A program made the position numbers and the translations under genes. Below the pieces are notes generated by a model. That model had not been told where the DNA came from and searched no databases. It saw nothing but the letters and a program-made list of their open reading frames with translations. A stretch of DNA of 64,000 nt from the NCBI GenBank assembly GCA_048939625.1, contig JBHLPH010000003.1:1-64000 (forward strand), in the 5' to 3' direction. Below are positions 38,473 through 48,463 of this stretch, piece after piece (the stretch's first letter is position 1; the number at the start of each line of letters is the position of its first letter). The DNA is from Promethearchaeota archaeon (GTDB taxonomy: Archaea; Asgardarchaeota; Hermodarchaeia; Hermodarchaeales; Hermodarchaeaceae).

Positions 38473-39390
38473 ATGAAAATAGCGCGCGCCTTTTCCCCTG
38501 GTCATATCACAGGTTTCTTCCAGATTTGTGACGAATCAGAGAACCTTCTAGAAAAGGGATCGCGAGGTGCTGGTGTGTCTTTATGCAGAGGCGTCATAAC
38601 CACAGTTGAAGCCAAACCAACAAAGGCTACAAAAATCAGGATAGAAATTAATGGCGACGCTTCCTCTCCTGCACCTGTATCTGAAACCGTCGCAACTCGT
38701 TTTCTTGAATGTGCGCCTAGTCCCCAGTATGATATCCGTATTAGTCATCAGGTTGATTTACCCATTGGTTCAGGGTTTGGTACTAGTGGAGCAGGAGCCC
38801 TCAGTTTAGCTTTAGCGTTAAATCAGGCAATTGGAACTGGGTTGTCTAAACTTGAAGTAGCCAAAATTGCACACATCGCAGAAGTCCAACATCGCACAGG
38901 GCTAGGAACTGTAATTTCTGAACTTGTTGGAGGAATAGAAATACGGACTGCGGCAGGTGCCCCTGGGATAGGTCAGGTGGAAACTTTACCCGTTAATGAA
39001 CAGTATAGGGTGATGTGTCTACATTTTGGACCAATCCCTACCTCCATACACCTAAACAATCTAAATTCTCGCAAGCTCATTAATGAAAGAGGCGGGTTAC
39101 TCACTGATGCCCTACGAGCGAGTCCGACAGTATCTAACTTCATGGAGTATGCACGTAATTTTGCCAAGCATATCGGTATAATCACCAAACGTGTTGAAAC
39201 AGTGCTTCATGAGGCAGACCAAGTTGGGATTGTTTGTAGCTCAGCGATATTTGGTGAAACCGCCTTCACGATATTACCAATAGATCAGATTCAGGACCTA
39301 ACAAGGATATTTGAGCGTCACCAAGTTTCTGGAGAAGCGCTAATGGTTATGGAAATTGACTCTGAAGGAGCAAGAGTATTAGATGCATGA
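38473..39390 (+). CDS. Pantoate kinase
   Basis: AFSPGHITGFF, GSRGAG, PIGSGFGTSGA, AHIAEV..RTGLG. Confidence 0.92.
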   Translation: MKIARAFSPGHITGFFQICDESENLLEKGSRGAGVSLCRGVITTVEAKPTKATKIRIEINGDASSPAPVSETVATRFLECAPSPQYDIRISHQVDLPIGSGFGTSGAGALSLALALNQAIGTGLSKLEVAKIAHIAEVQHRTGLGTVISELVGGIEIRTAAGAPGIGQVETLPVNEQYRVMCLHFGPIPTSIHLNNLNSRKLINERGGLLTDALRASPTVSNFMEYARNFAKHIGIITKRVETVLHEADQVGIVCSSAIFGETAFTILPIDQIQDLTRIFERHQVSGEALMVMEIDSEGARVLDA

Positions 39391-40183
39391 ATATAAAGTG
39401 TCCCCCCGGCACCCAAGAGCCGTATCCCTACGGACTAGGGCAAAACTCGTCCAGGGTTTTGAAATCGGAGTAACATCGACTTTTGGTCTCTTTGCCCATG
39501 GCAGAGGAGAAGCCTTCGATTATCTCGTAGGGGAAATAACCACAGAAAATGCAAAACACGCCATTAAGGCTGCAGCAGCTAGGCTTTTGTTGGGCCACAA
39601 TTCTGTGTTATCAATAAACGGGAATGTGGCAGCACTCGTTCCAGACGAATTAATAAAACTCGAAAAGGTATCAGGCGCGAAATTAGAAATTAATTTGTAC
39701 CACCGATCAGAGGAGCGGGAAGCGGCGATTGAGCAGGTTCTCAAAAACGCTGGTGCTAAGGAAATCTATGGTATCGATCCTTTATATCACGAAACAATTC
39801 CTGAAATCCATAGCGAACGGCGCGTCGTTGATCATCGAGGCCTATTCATTGCAGATGTGGCTTTTGTTCCTCTGGAGGATGGTGATCGGACCGAGGGCCT
39901 GGTCCGACTAGGCAAACAGGTTATTACAGTAGACTTGAATCCACTTTCACGAACGGCGCAGATGGCAAACATCACGATAGTCGATAATATTGTTCGAGCT
40001 ATGCCCTTATTGATAAAAGCTGTGAAAAAACTTCGGAAAGAATCCGAAAAAGCTCTTCAGAGTATTCTAAGTGATTTCAATAATCAACAAAACTTGGCAG
40101 AAGCGATTCTACAAATTAACGACCGATTATCAAAACTAGCAGAAAAACAAAATCACGATAAACAGGGGGGAATACCAACATGA
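39383..40183 (+). CDS. Phosphopantothenate synthetase (archaeal)
   Basis: HPRAVSL, AHGRGEAFDY, VPLEDGDR, DLNPLSRT. Confidence 0.95.
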   Translation: MHEYKVSPRHPRAVSLRTRAKLVQGFEIGVTSTFGLFAHGRGEAFDYLVGEITTENAKHAIKAAAARLLLGHNSVLSINGNVAALVPDELIKLEKVSGAKLEINLYHRSEEREAAIEQVLKNAGAKEIYGIDPLYHETIPEIHSERRVVDHRGLFIADVAFVPLEDGDRTEGLVRLGKQVITVDLNPLSRTAQMANITIVDNIVRAMPLLIKAVKKLRKESEKALQSILSDFNNQQNLAEAILQINDRLSKLAEKQNHDKQGGIPT

Positions 40184-41070
40184 TATTTGAACAAGTGATT
40201 GTTCTAGGAGCAGGGTCCATCGGTTCCGTTTATGGCGCACTGCTATCTCAGAATAACACAGTTACATTAGTCGGCAGACCTGCACACATGAACGCGATTC
40301 AGGACCACGGTTTGCATATCGAGGGCGATAAATCGGGTACTTACCAAATGGGAACAGCAACGAAGATTTCCAGCATCCCTCCAAAAACGCTTCTTCTAGT
40401 CACTGTGAAAGCCCATCAATTATATGATGCCCTTTCTCCCATTCGGTCCCTGATTCAAAAGGACACGGTCATATTACTTTTACAAAATGGATTGGGAATT
40501 GAGGCAGCTGTTCACAAAATTTTGGCATCTAGGGGCCTTTTAACTCGGGGAATCGTGGCTTTTGGAGCTGAGCTTCTTGAACCTGGACGAATCCATGTAC
40601 GATTGGGCTTTACCATCATGAATTCTGATGAACTTTCTAAGCAAACCTTACAGTTTCTTAATGATTCAGGAGTTCAAGGTATAAATTCGGAGAATTTTCA
40701 AACTGATATTTGGAGAAAAGCAACAATCAATTGCGTCGCGAATCCATTAAGCGCTATTCTTCGAACAGAAACAAAGGAGCTCGTATCACCCAAACTTACT
40801 CTAATTCGCCAGAAAATCGTTGAGGAATGCATTGAGGTTGGAAAAGCAGAAGGCATTGAAATCGATTTGAGTTTGCTCCAGATAATGGAAACGCAATTCC
40901 CAAGTTTTGAAAATCGAACCTCAATGCTTCAAGATATTCTGCATGGACGACAAACCGAAATTGACTTTCTAAATGGAAAAATCGTGGAGTTGGGTAAGCA
41001 CCACAAAATTGCAACACCGGTCAACGAAACAATCACACAATTGATTCGATTCTTGGAGAGACAAACATGA
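40180..41070 (+). CDS. panE: Ketopantoate reductase
   Basis: GAGSIG, LQNG, WRKATIN, SMLQD...TEIDFLNG. Confidence 0.93.
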   Translation: MIFEQVIVLGAGSIGSVYGALLSQNNTVTLVGRPAHMNAIQDHGLHIEGDKSGTYQMGTATKISSIPPKTLLLVTVKAHQLYDALSPIRSLIQKDTVILLLQNGLGIEAAVHKILASRGLLTRGIVAFGAELLEPGRIHVRLGFTIMNSDELSKQTLQFLNDSGVQGINSENFQTDIWRKATINCVANPLSAILRTETKELVSPKLTLIRQKIVEECIEVGKAEGIEIDLSLLQIMETQFPSFENRTSMLQDILHGRQTEIDFLNGKIVELGKHHKIATPVNETITQLIRFLERQT

Positions 41071-41840
41071 TGACGATTGATGAAATTCGTGCAATGAAAG
41101 GAAAAACCAAGGTCACTATGCTCACTGCCTATGATTACCAAATAGCAAGAATCCTTGATGCGGCAAATGTTGACCTAATCCTCGTGGGCGATAGCCTTGG
41201 AATGGTCTTCCAAGGAAACCCGGATACTAAACAGGTTTCCATGGAAGCTATGATTTATCACACACGGGCTGTTGCTAAAGGCGCGAAAAATACCTTCATC
41301 ATTGCAGATATGCCGATTCATAGTTACGACACTCCCAAACAAGCATTAACAAACGCCAAAGAACTATGCAAGGTTGGAGCGCAAGCAGTAAAAATCGAAG
41401 GAAACCAAACTGAAGTGATTGAAATGCTTGTTGCCAATAACATCCCAGTTATGGGCCATGTTGGACTTTTACCACAATCTGCGGAGAAATTCCGAGTTCA
41501 AGGAAAAACACCTGAACAGGCTGATCGCATTTGGCGTGATGCGTTGGAACTTGATAAACTGGGAGTCTTTGCAATTGTTGTGGAATGCGTACCTGAGTGG
41601 TTAGCAAAAAAGGTCACACACGATGTGAAGGTGCCAACAATTGGGATTGGCGCAGGAAAATACTGCGATGGACAGGTTCTGGTTATTACTGAACTTCTTG
41701 GAATGGCTAGTAACGATCATCTTCCCAAATTCGTAAAGCAATATGCAAGTCTAGACAACATCATTAAGCAGGCTGTGAAAGAATTCATGAACGAGATTCA
41801 AACAGGTAAATATCCAGATAAGCAACATACCTATCATTAA
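41067..41840 (+). CDS. panB: Ketopantoate hydroxymethyltransferase
   Basis: LTAYD, LVGDSLG, GHVGLLPQ, IGIGAG..CDGQVLV. Confidence 0.96.
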   Translation: MMTIDEIRAMKGKTKVTMLTAYDYQIARILDAANVDLILVGDSLGMVFQGNPDTKQVSMEAMIYHTRAVAKGAKNTFIIADMPIHSYDTPKQALTNAKELCKVGAQAVKIEGNQTEVIEMLVANNIPVMGHVGLLPQSAEKFRVQGKTPEQADRIWRDALELDKLGVFAIVVECVPEWLAKKVTHDVKVPTIGIGAGKYCDGQVLVITELLGMASNDHLPKFVKQYASLDNIIKQAVKEFMNEIQTGKYPDKQHTYH

Positions 41841-41865
41841 GATTGCCATGAAATGAAACACGAGT

Positions 41866-43137
41866 GTGATATTGATGCCAATGAATTCTCATCCTTCAAA
41901 AGATATCGTCGAAACCCTTAGTACACAACTACGTGGTAAGTTTATTATTCTCTGCGTTACTGGAAGTGTTGCTGCTGTCCAGAGTTCTGAGATTGCACGT
42001 TTACTAATGCGACATGGTGCAGAAGTAATAGCGGTTTTTTCCGATGCGGCTCAGGAAATTATTCATCCTTATTTAATGGAGTGGGCGACAGGCAATCCTG
42101 TTGTAACGAAATTAACTGGGAGGATTGAGCATATTGCCCTAGCTGGAGAACACGCCGGAAAGGCCGATTTGGTTTTAATAGCTCCAGCTACTGCAAACAC
42201 CATATCCAAAATTGCCATGGGTATTGATGATACTCCAGTCACATCAACTGTAACAACAGCATTTGGATCAGGTATACCGATTATCATTATTCCGGCGATG
42301 CATGTTTCAATGTACAAGCACCCCATCGTTCGTGACAATATTAAGAAGCTTGAAGGACTGGCTGTAGAGGTTATTGGACCGCGAATAGAAGAAGGAAAAG
42401 CAAAGATTGCTACACCACAAGAAGTAGTAGAACATATTCTTGATCGCTTTGGGAACAAAGAGGACCTAGAAGGGTTGGAGTTCCTGATTACAGCAGGTCC
42501 AACTCTTGAGTATATTGATCCTGTTAGGATTATTACGAGTAAAAGTTCTGGGAGAATGGGCATAGAAATTGCTAAAGCAGCATATAGTCGAGGGGCAAAG
42601 GTTACACTTGTGTATGGCCATGGGAGTGAACCTGCACCGGAGAAGATGAAGGTTATTGACGTAGAAACCACTCAGGAGATGTATGATGCAGTAATGACCG
42701 AATTATCTTCGAAGAAATTCGATGTGGTTATTGCGGCAGCAGCTGTGGCAGATTGGACTCCTAAAACACCACAAAAGGAAAAAATCCCCACCGCGAAGAC
42801 GCAAACTCTCTCAGTAGACTTTAAACCAACACCCAAAATTGTAGATGGGATTAAAAGTAAACAAGAATCTGTGTTCCTTATTCTTTTCAAAGCAGAACAT
42901 AATGTCTCTGATGAGGAGCTTATTAAAAGAGCTCATACGCGTCTGACAAAAGCCAACGCTGATTTAATTGTAGCCAATGATGTTGGCCGAGAAGGTGTCG
43001 GGTTTGACACAATAACCAATGAATTATTCGTCATTAACAGAAAGAAAAAGACAATTCACATTCCGAAGTCGTCAAAAACACAAGTCGCCCACAAGCTCTT
43101 GGACATAGTTAAACCGATGATTAGCAAGAAGAAATGA
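41866..43137 (+). CDS. coaBC: Bifunctional phosphopantothenoylcysteine decarboxylase/ligase
   Basis: APATANTISK, PAMH, TAGPTLEYIDPVR..SSGRMG, AAAVAD, FKAE. Confidence 0.96.
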   Translation: MILMPMNSHPSKDIVETLSTQLRGKFIILCVTGSVAAVQSSEIARLLMRHGAEVIAVFSDAAQEIIHPYLMEWATGNPVVTKLTGRIEHIALAGEHAGKADLVLIAPATANTISKIAMGIDDTPVTSTVTTAFGSGIPIIIIPAMHVSMYKHPIVRDNIKKLEGLAVEVIGPRIEEGKAKIATPQEVVEHILDRFGNKEDLEGLEFLITAGPTLEYIDPVRIITSKSSGRMGIEIAKAAYSRGAKVTLVYGHGSEPAPEKMKVIDVETTQEMYDAVMTELSSKKFDVVIAAAAVADWTPKTPQKEKIPTAKTQTLSVDFKPTPKIVDGIKSKQESVFLILFKAEHNVSDEELIKRAHTRLTKANADLIVANDVGREGVGFDTITNELFVINRKKKTIHIPKSSKTQVAHKLLDIVKPMISKKK

Positions 43138-43145
43138 AAAATTCC

Positions 43146-44162
43146 CTATATTGATTTGGAAAGTGCCTCCCAGAGAGCATCTGTTTCCGGTTGAAGCAGT
43201 GGTGTTACTGTTCCATCATTTTCGATTATTGTTCGCTGGTTTACATCTTCAACTAGGCGTCCAATAATAGAGGCAGAAATGCCCTCATCTTCTAAGGCTT
43301 TTATTACTGTTGAAGCATGTTCCGATTCAACCGCCATCAACATAGCACCACTTGAAATTAGGTTGAGGGGATCGATTTTGAGCAATTGACAGATTTGATT
43401 TGTTTCTTTGTGAATGACTAGCTTGCTCCGATCGACAATGAATCCAAGTTCTGAAGCATCGGCAAGTTCATGCAGCCCATTTGCTATCCCTCCCTCTGTA
43501 GGATCATGCATAGCTGTAACTACACCAGTTTCCATTGCTTTGAGTGCTTCTGGAACCACGTTGATACGCTGAATAAATTGCTGTGCACAATCAATCACTG
43601 AATCGGATAGTTCACTCCGGAGTAGTTTTTCTCGTTCTGTAGCTAAAATCGCCGTTCCTTCAATGGCTACTCCTTTAGTTAATATTATGGAATTATCTGG
43701 CTGTGCTTGAGTAGAGGTCACATACTTATTCTCTTCTGCTATCCCCATCATGAAACCAATGATAATCGGTCGATGTAAGTCAGCGGTTACCTCGGTGTGG
43801 CCACCAATAATACTAACCCCCAACTCCTGGGCTGCAGAATGCATTGAACCCATTATTTGTTTCAGCATTTGAGATTTGGCCTTTTCTGGAAGCAGGATTG
43901 TTGCTAAGAACCATCGAGGACGTATTCCAAAGGTGGCGACGTCATTAGCACAAATGTGGACAACATAGGCCCCTATATTGCGCACCACCCCAGTAATGGG
44001 ATCGGTAGTAGCAACTACAACTTCTCGCCCAACACGCACTAAAGCTGCGTCTCGACCGATTCCAGGACCATGGAGGACGTCGGAGTCATCAGCACCGAGA
44101 AAGGGGAAGACGGTTTTTTCTAAAAGTTTTGAAGAAACCTTTCCTAAGGGCAGTTCATGCAT
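43146..44162 (-). CDS. AIR synthase/HypE-like family protein
   Basis: GPGIGRDAA, DPIT, IGGHTE, MHDPTEGG. Confidence 0.9.
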   Translation of the reverse strand: MHELPLGKVSSKLLEKTVFPFLGADDSDVLHGPGIGRDAALVRVGREVVVATTDPITGVVRNIGAYVVHICANDVATFGIRPRWFLATILLPEKAKSQMLKQIMGSMHSAAQELGVSIIGGHTEVTADLHRPIIIGFMMGIAEENKYVTSTQAQPDNSIILTKGVAIEGTAILATEREKLLRSELSDSVIDCAQQFIQRINVVPEALKAMETGVVTAMHDPTEGGIANGLHELADASELGFIVDRSKLVIHKETNQICQLLKIDPLNLISSGAMLMAVESEHASTVIKALEDEGISASIIGRLVEDVNQRTIIENDGTVTPLLQPETDALWEALSKSI

Positions 44163-44339
44163 TTGGTAGACACCACTTAGGCATTCTGCAGGAAAAATGG
44201 CTTAAATGTGTGTTTATCACTACCAAAATTTGATACATTCTGCTCGACGCGCATTTTTTAAAGCGCCAACCAGGAGAGCAATAGTTGGACACGGTTTGAT
44301 GATGGAAACGTGCATTAAGAATATGTTTTTGGTTGGCTG

Positions 44340-45014
44340 GTGATGAGTCGTACACGCGAAAAATGGGTGTATTATTGTCTTTGCATTGTAGTTGTTAGTG
44401 GCGTCGTTTTCTGGTTTGTAAATCCCATCATCGCCATACTAGCTGTAATTATTGACCTCCTTTCGGTGGCCATCATCTATGTTTATCGAACACCCGAAAA
44501 TGAAGCAGCGCCAGGTCCTCCCATTCAAGACGCCATTTCAACTGAAGAAGAAACTCAGGTGCAGGCTGCTCAGATTTCTGAAAAAAAAGAATCTGTGTTA
44601 GAACCAATATTAAATAAAGAACAATCATCTTCAGAAATAGACCTAATACCATCAAATCTTGAATCCTCAATTTTACAAGAAACTGATGATGCAACATCTG
44701 AGTTGCAACTACAAATTGCAGAATTAGAACAACGAGTTAAGTTATTAAATGAGCAGTTGGCACGGGATCCACGTTCTAGTGATGAAGACGAGATTGCAGG
44801 AACCAAGGAAGAGAAAGGTGAGATGGAAGATAGTGATGAAGAGCTATCGGAAAAAGCTATTCAACATCTTTTAGAATCTCTTGATGAGAAGCTTGCGAAA
44901 CGCGCAATTTCTAAGCAATTACACACCAGGTTACGCGACAAGTATATAGCAAGGATAGAGAAATCAAAGAGGAGACACGGCTCTGCAAAGCGGGGAACAA
45001 AGACTCAAGCATAG
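44340..45014 (+). CDS. Two-TM protein with acidic linker, coiled coil and C-terminal SHOCT-like motif
   Basis: N-terminal TM pair; LESLDEKLAKRAISKQLHTRLRDKY. Confidence 0.7.
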   Translation: MMSRTREKWVYYCLCIVVVSGVVFWFVNPIIAILAVIIDLLSVAIIYVYRTPENEAAPGPPIQDAISTEEETQVQAAQISEKKESVLEPILNKEQSSSEIDLIPSNLESSILQETDDATSELQLQIAELEQRVKLLNEQLARDPRSSDEDEIAGTKEEKGEMEDSDEELSEKAIQHLLESLDEKLAKRAISKQLHTRLRDKYIARIEKSKRRHGSAKRGTKTQA

Positions 45015-45028
45015 GTGACAAATAAGGC

Positions 45029-45820
45029 ATGGTTAGCAAAAGAACGAGCGCCATCGTGGGCCTTTGGGTGATCGTGGCAGTCGTTTTAATCGTTGATTCC
45101 TTTCTCTTTTCTGCACTTTTACTTGACAGTCTTTTCCCCGGGTTAAGTGGGATCGTAAATGTCCTAATCTTTGCATTAATTCCCTTCATTTTTGCTAGTC
45201 TGCTACTTGACCGCCGTTCAACTCCTTCATCAACACCCAGTCCCTCTCGCCAGCCACCACGCGGAGCTCGATCTGCTTCTGGAGAACCTATTAGCAGGAC
45301 AAGACCAAAACCCCGGATAAAACGCGATAAGCGTGCCGAACAACTCGAAACCATTGTTGTTGAACCTGGAGCAATTGGAAATAGCAGTGGTCAATCCAAT
45401 TTATCAGCTACATCAACATCTAACTCTCAACAGCCAACGCCGTCAAGTTCAAGATTCCTTCGTTCTCGTCGAACGCAGTCAGAAGAAAACCATGAGATGG
45501 ACCAACAAGTCAAGGATCAACTTGATGCCATTGAGCTTGAAATGGCAAAGCTTGAGGAGCAACTTGAACAAAATGGCGTCTCGTCTACGCAAACGAACTC
45601 GAATTCTGTTTCTCCTCCAGAACCCATATCGAATAGTTCACCAGCACCAGCAATCCTGAGTGCTAATACACTTTCAAGTGAAGAAGCTACTTCGGAATTA
45701 CAAGCAATCGATGAACTACTCGCTCGGTTAGAACAACGGAAGCGCGCCGGAGGCGTTGATGAAGATACGTACGAGCGGCTGCGTGAAAAATACCTTAAAC
45801 GGCGTTCTGAACTAGCTTAG
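45029..45820 (+). CDS. Two-TM protein with Ser/Pro linker, coiled coil and C-terminal SHOCT-like motif
   Basis: N-terminal TM pair; LARLEQRKRAGGVDEDTYERLREKY. Confidence 0.7.
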   Translation: MVSKRTSAIVGLWVIVAVVLIVDSFLFSALLLDSLFPGLSGIVNVLIFALIPFIFASLLLDRRSTPSSTPSPSRQPPRGARSASGEPISRTRPKPRIKRDKRAEQLETIVVEPGAIGNSSGQSNLSATSTSNSQQPTPSSSRFLRSRRTQSEENHEMDQQVKDQLDAIELEMAKLEEQLEQNGVSSTQTNSNSVSPPEPISNSSPAPAILSANTLSSEEATSELQAIDELLARLEQRKRAGGVDEDTYERLREKYLKRRSELA

Positions 45821-45878
45821 ACGATCAACCCTGTTCTACTACTCAAAAAGGACAAGTTTCTGGTAAGAGCAAGCAGGT

Positions 45879-46700
45879 TCAGTATTTTTTATGACGAAGT
45901 TTCATTACAGGTAAACTTCTTCGAACTGCTATAACATCGTCAAGGTCAATCATTGCATCAATTAGCTGGGGACCATTGTTTGCCTGAGCTAATGTTTGAC
46001 CATCTGGATGTATAATGGCGCTTCTACCACCAAATAGATTTGTTCCATCACTACCTACACGATTACATCCAATTACAAAGATTTGGTTCTCAATTGCTCG
46101 AGCCCGAAGTAGAGTAGCCCATATGGCAATTCGTTCAGCAGGAAATTGGGCAGGACAGAATATTACTTGGGCTCCATTTTGAGTTAGTTTTCCAGCAAGT
46201 TCTGGAAACCGAATATCAAAGCAAATCATGACACCAAAAAGCCCGAGTTCAGTTTTTATTATTGGAATATCAGTTCCTGCAGAAAGATATTGATCTTCTT
46301 GAAATGGAGGGAATAAGTGGACTTTGTCATAATTTCCAAGCAGTTTTCCGTCCTTTCCAATCAAATGACAAGTATTGAAAATCTGGGAATCACGCCTTTC
46401 GAGGATACTTCCTGCAACGATGAAAATTCTGAACCGACCTGCTAAATCCCGTAATAATTCGATTGTGTGACCCTTAGCCGATTCGGCGAGTTCTTCTGCT
46501 TTATCTAAACAATAGCCAGTAGTGAAAAGTTCAGGTAACACAATAAGGTCGACTTCTCGTGTTGCCGCTTCTTTCACCATCTGAACAGCAGTTTCAAGAT
46601 TGGTCTTCTTATCTCCTAATGCCACGTTCATTTGTGCACAAGCTACGCGAAACGCCATAACAACATAGCCCTTAACATGCTCACTCAAAAATGCTATCAA
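45879..46700 (-). CDS. Carbon-nitrogen hydrolase (nitrilase/omega-amidase family)
   Basis: LPELFTTGY, YDKVHLF and ICFDIRFPE give the Glu-Lys-Cys triad; RARAIEN. Confidence 0.93.
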   Translation of the reverse strand: MIAFLSEHVKGYVVMAFRVACAQMNVALGDKKTNLETAVQMVKEAATREVDLIVLPELFTTGYCLDKAEELAESAKGHTIELLRDLAGRFRIFIVAGSILERRDSQIFNTCHLIGKDGKLLGNYDKVHLFPPFQEDQYLSAGTDIPIIKTELGLFGVMICFDIRFPELAGKLTQNGAQVIFCPAQFPAERIAIWATLLRARAIENQIFVIGCNRVGSDGTNLFGGRSAIIHPDGQTLAQANNGPQLIDAMIDLDDVIAVRRSLPVMKLRHKKY

Positions 46701-46752
46701 TCCATTTCAAGCAAGCAAAGCCTTTATGTTCCAAAGCCGTTATTGAGGCAGG

Positions 46753-47118
46753 TTGATTACCTTGACGGATACTAAGTTAAAACCTTCTACTCTGATGAAA
46801 CTCAAAGACCTGGATAATCTTGTGCGATTAGTCCATTGGTGGGCAGCGCGCGAGCGCACTGCAACGATTCTCTATTTCAAGAAAGGAGAGAAATACATCA
46901 TGGGTACAATGACGTCAATTCCAGGTTGGTATGATCTCCAAGGTATGCCACTTTTTCTTTACGTGGAAACTAGCAAGGCACCTAAAGGCGTGTTCATCAA
47001 ATACAAAGCCGATCCGGAAGAGCAATGGGACTATGCAAAGGGAACCTTTGATCGAACATGGATGTACATTCCACTAATCGAACTTTCCGCTATTCCGGAG
47101 TTCCTTAAGAACATCTAA
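46753..47118 (+). CDS. Hypothetical protein
   Basis: 121-aa ORF. Confidence 0.7.
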   Translation: MITLTDTKLKPSTLMKLKDLDNLVRLVHWWAARERTATILYFKKGEKYIMGTMTSIPGWYDLQGMPLFLYVETSKAPKGVFIKYKADPEEQWDYAKGTFDRTWMYIPLIELSAIPEFLKNI

Positions 47119-48314
47119 TCGATGGTGTCTTCACCCGCATCTTCGCTAATTATTTCAGCGTCTTCGAGAACTTGTTTTTCTAGGGAATCTGTTTCTTCTT
47201 CGAATAGCTCAGCGGATTCCATTAGTTCATCTGGTGCAGCAAAGAAGCTGAGTGCAAAAGCTAAGATAAAGATTAGACTTGACCCGACCATTAGTGTAGG
47301 TCGAAGGAAGTTGGCTGATACACTAAAGAAGCCATTAAGCACTTCTACGATGAGGAAAGCAGCTGCAAAGAGTATGCCGAAGATGGATAATTTCAGGTCT
47401 CCTCCAATGCCCACTGCGAATTTGACCAGATAGACGATTGCAATGATGCCGAGACAGAGGTAGTTAACGTAACTAACATTTCCTAGAGTTCCAGCAAACC
47501 CAATTGGGTCAGGAAAAGCGAGATTAAATGTCATCCCTGACGTGATTGACAAAGAGAAGAAGGGAATAAAGGGATTCAATACCACCCAAAAAATGGCGAA
47601 CAATGCTAGTTCTGCAAAGCGAATTAACCAGAGTTTTTGGCTATCCTTATGCTGTAGTATTCCACTTTCATCTAAGGTTCCATACGAAAGATGAAGAAGT
47701 GATCCAATTGCTAAGGCATTTACAATACAAAGTGACGTGAAGTACATTGGATCGAATAGAATCCACCAAGAAGTGAAGATTATCCCAGTAATAGCGATGA
47801 AGTATTGAAACCATATAATGGTGAAGTAGACCGGCATTATCGCCAATAGGATGAAGAGAATAAGTGTATAGCTACACCTTGCGCCTTGACTTTTTTGCCA
47901 GATATTTTCTGATCGGTGTACGATTCGATATGCAAGTACCAGAGCGGCAAAAATCGCCAATGGGGGTGAGAGGAAAGGAAAAATGAAGAATGCTAGGATG
48001 ATGAGAGTGTTAAAGCTGTAGAGCATTCGCCAACGAAGGGGAATGAGGTTTCCCTTTTTGTTCATTATCTCTGAGGCATTGATTGTGCGTTCCCGAAAGA
48101 TGTATACAAAAAGAATCCATGGAAATGAGAAGATTACGGGTATTATGAAGTAGCGAAAGATACTAGAAAGTGGTAGTTCAATTAGCCCGGGAATTAATGG
48201 GGCGAAAAAAGTGAGTATGTAAATTAGGCCGATAAAATAAGCAATCATCCCTATTGCGACTATAATAGGAAGAAGAAGGCTTGAGCGTTTGGCGTAAGGA
48301 TAGAGAAATGACAT
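47115..48314 (-). CDS. Polytopic membrane protein (~10 TM) with acidic tail
   Basis: Hydrophobic segments throughout. Confidence 0.75.
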   Translation of the reverse strand: MSFLYPYAKRSSLLLPIIVAIGMIAYFIGLIYILTFFAPLIPGLIELPLSSIFRYFIIPVIFSFPWILFVYIFRERTINASEIMNKKGNLIPLRWRMLYSFNTLIILAFFIFPFLSPPLAIFAALVLAYRIVHRSENIWQKSQGARCSYTLILFILLAIMPVYFTIIWFQYFIAITGIIFTSWWILFDPMYFTSLCIVNALAIGSLLHLSYGTLDESGILQHKDSQKLWLIRFAELALFAIFWVVLNPFIPFFSLSITSGMTFNLAFPDPIGFAGTLGNVSYVNYLCLGIIAIVYLVKFAVGIGGDLKLSIFGILFAAAFLIVEVLNGFFSVSANFLRPTLMVGSSLIFILAFALSFFAAPDELMESAELFEEETDSLEKQVLEDAEIISEDAGEDTID

Positions 48315-48463
48315 GGCTGCTCGCTAGCGTCTAAGAGAATTCACCGTTTTTAATTTGCTGGCTTGGGACTGGTTTTCTGTGAAAAGAGGAGAAATGCTTA
48401 AATGGTGTTCACAGCTTAAACGCCTATATACTTTACAGCCATTAAGTATTTCAGGTGTAAACA

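Noticed and set aside
35335-44162. Hydrogenase maturation cluster (hypB plus HypE-like)
   Set aside because: The genes are 7 kb apart, and the AIR-synthase-family protein lacks the C-terminal PRIC cysteine motif of true HypE.
45879-46700. Nitrilase as a beta-alanine source for the CoA operon
   Set aside because: Motifs fit generic omega-amidase-like members, and the gene is separated from the operon and on the opposite strand.
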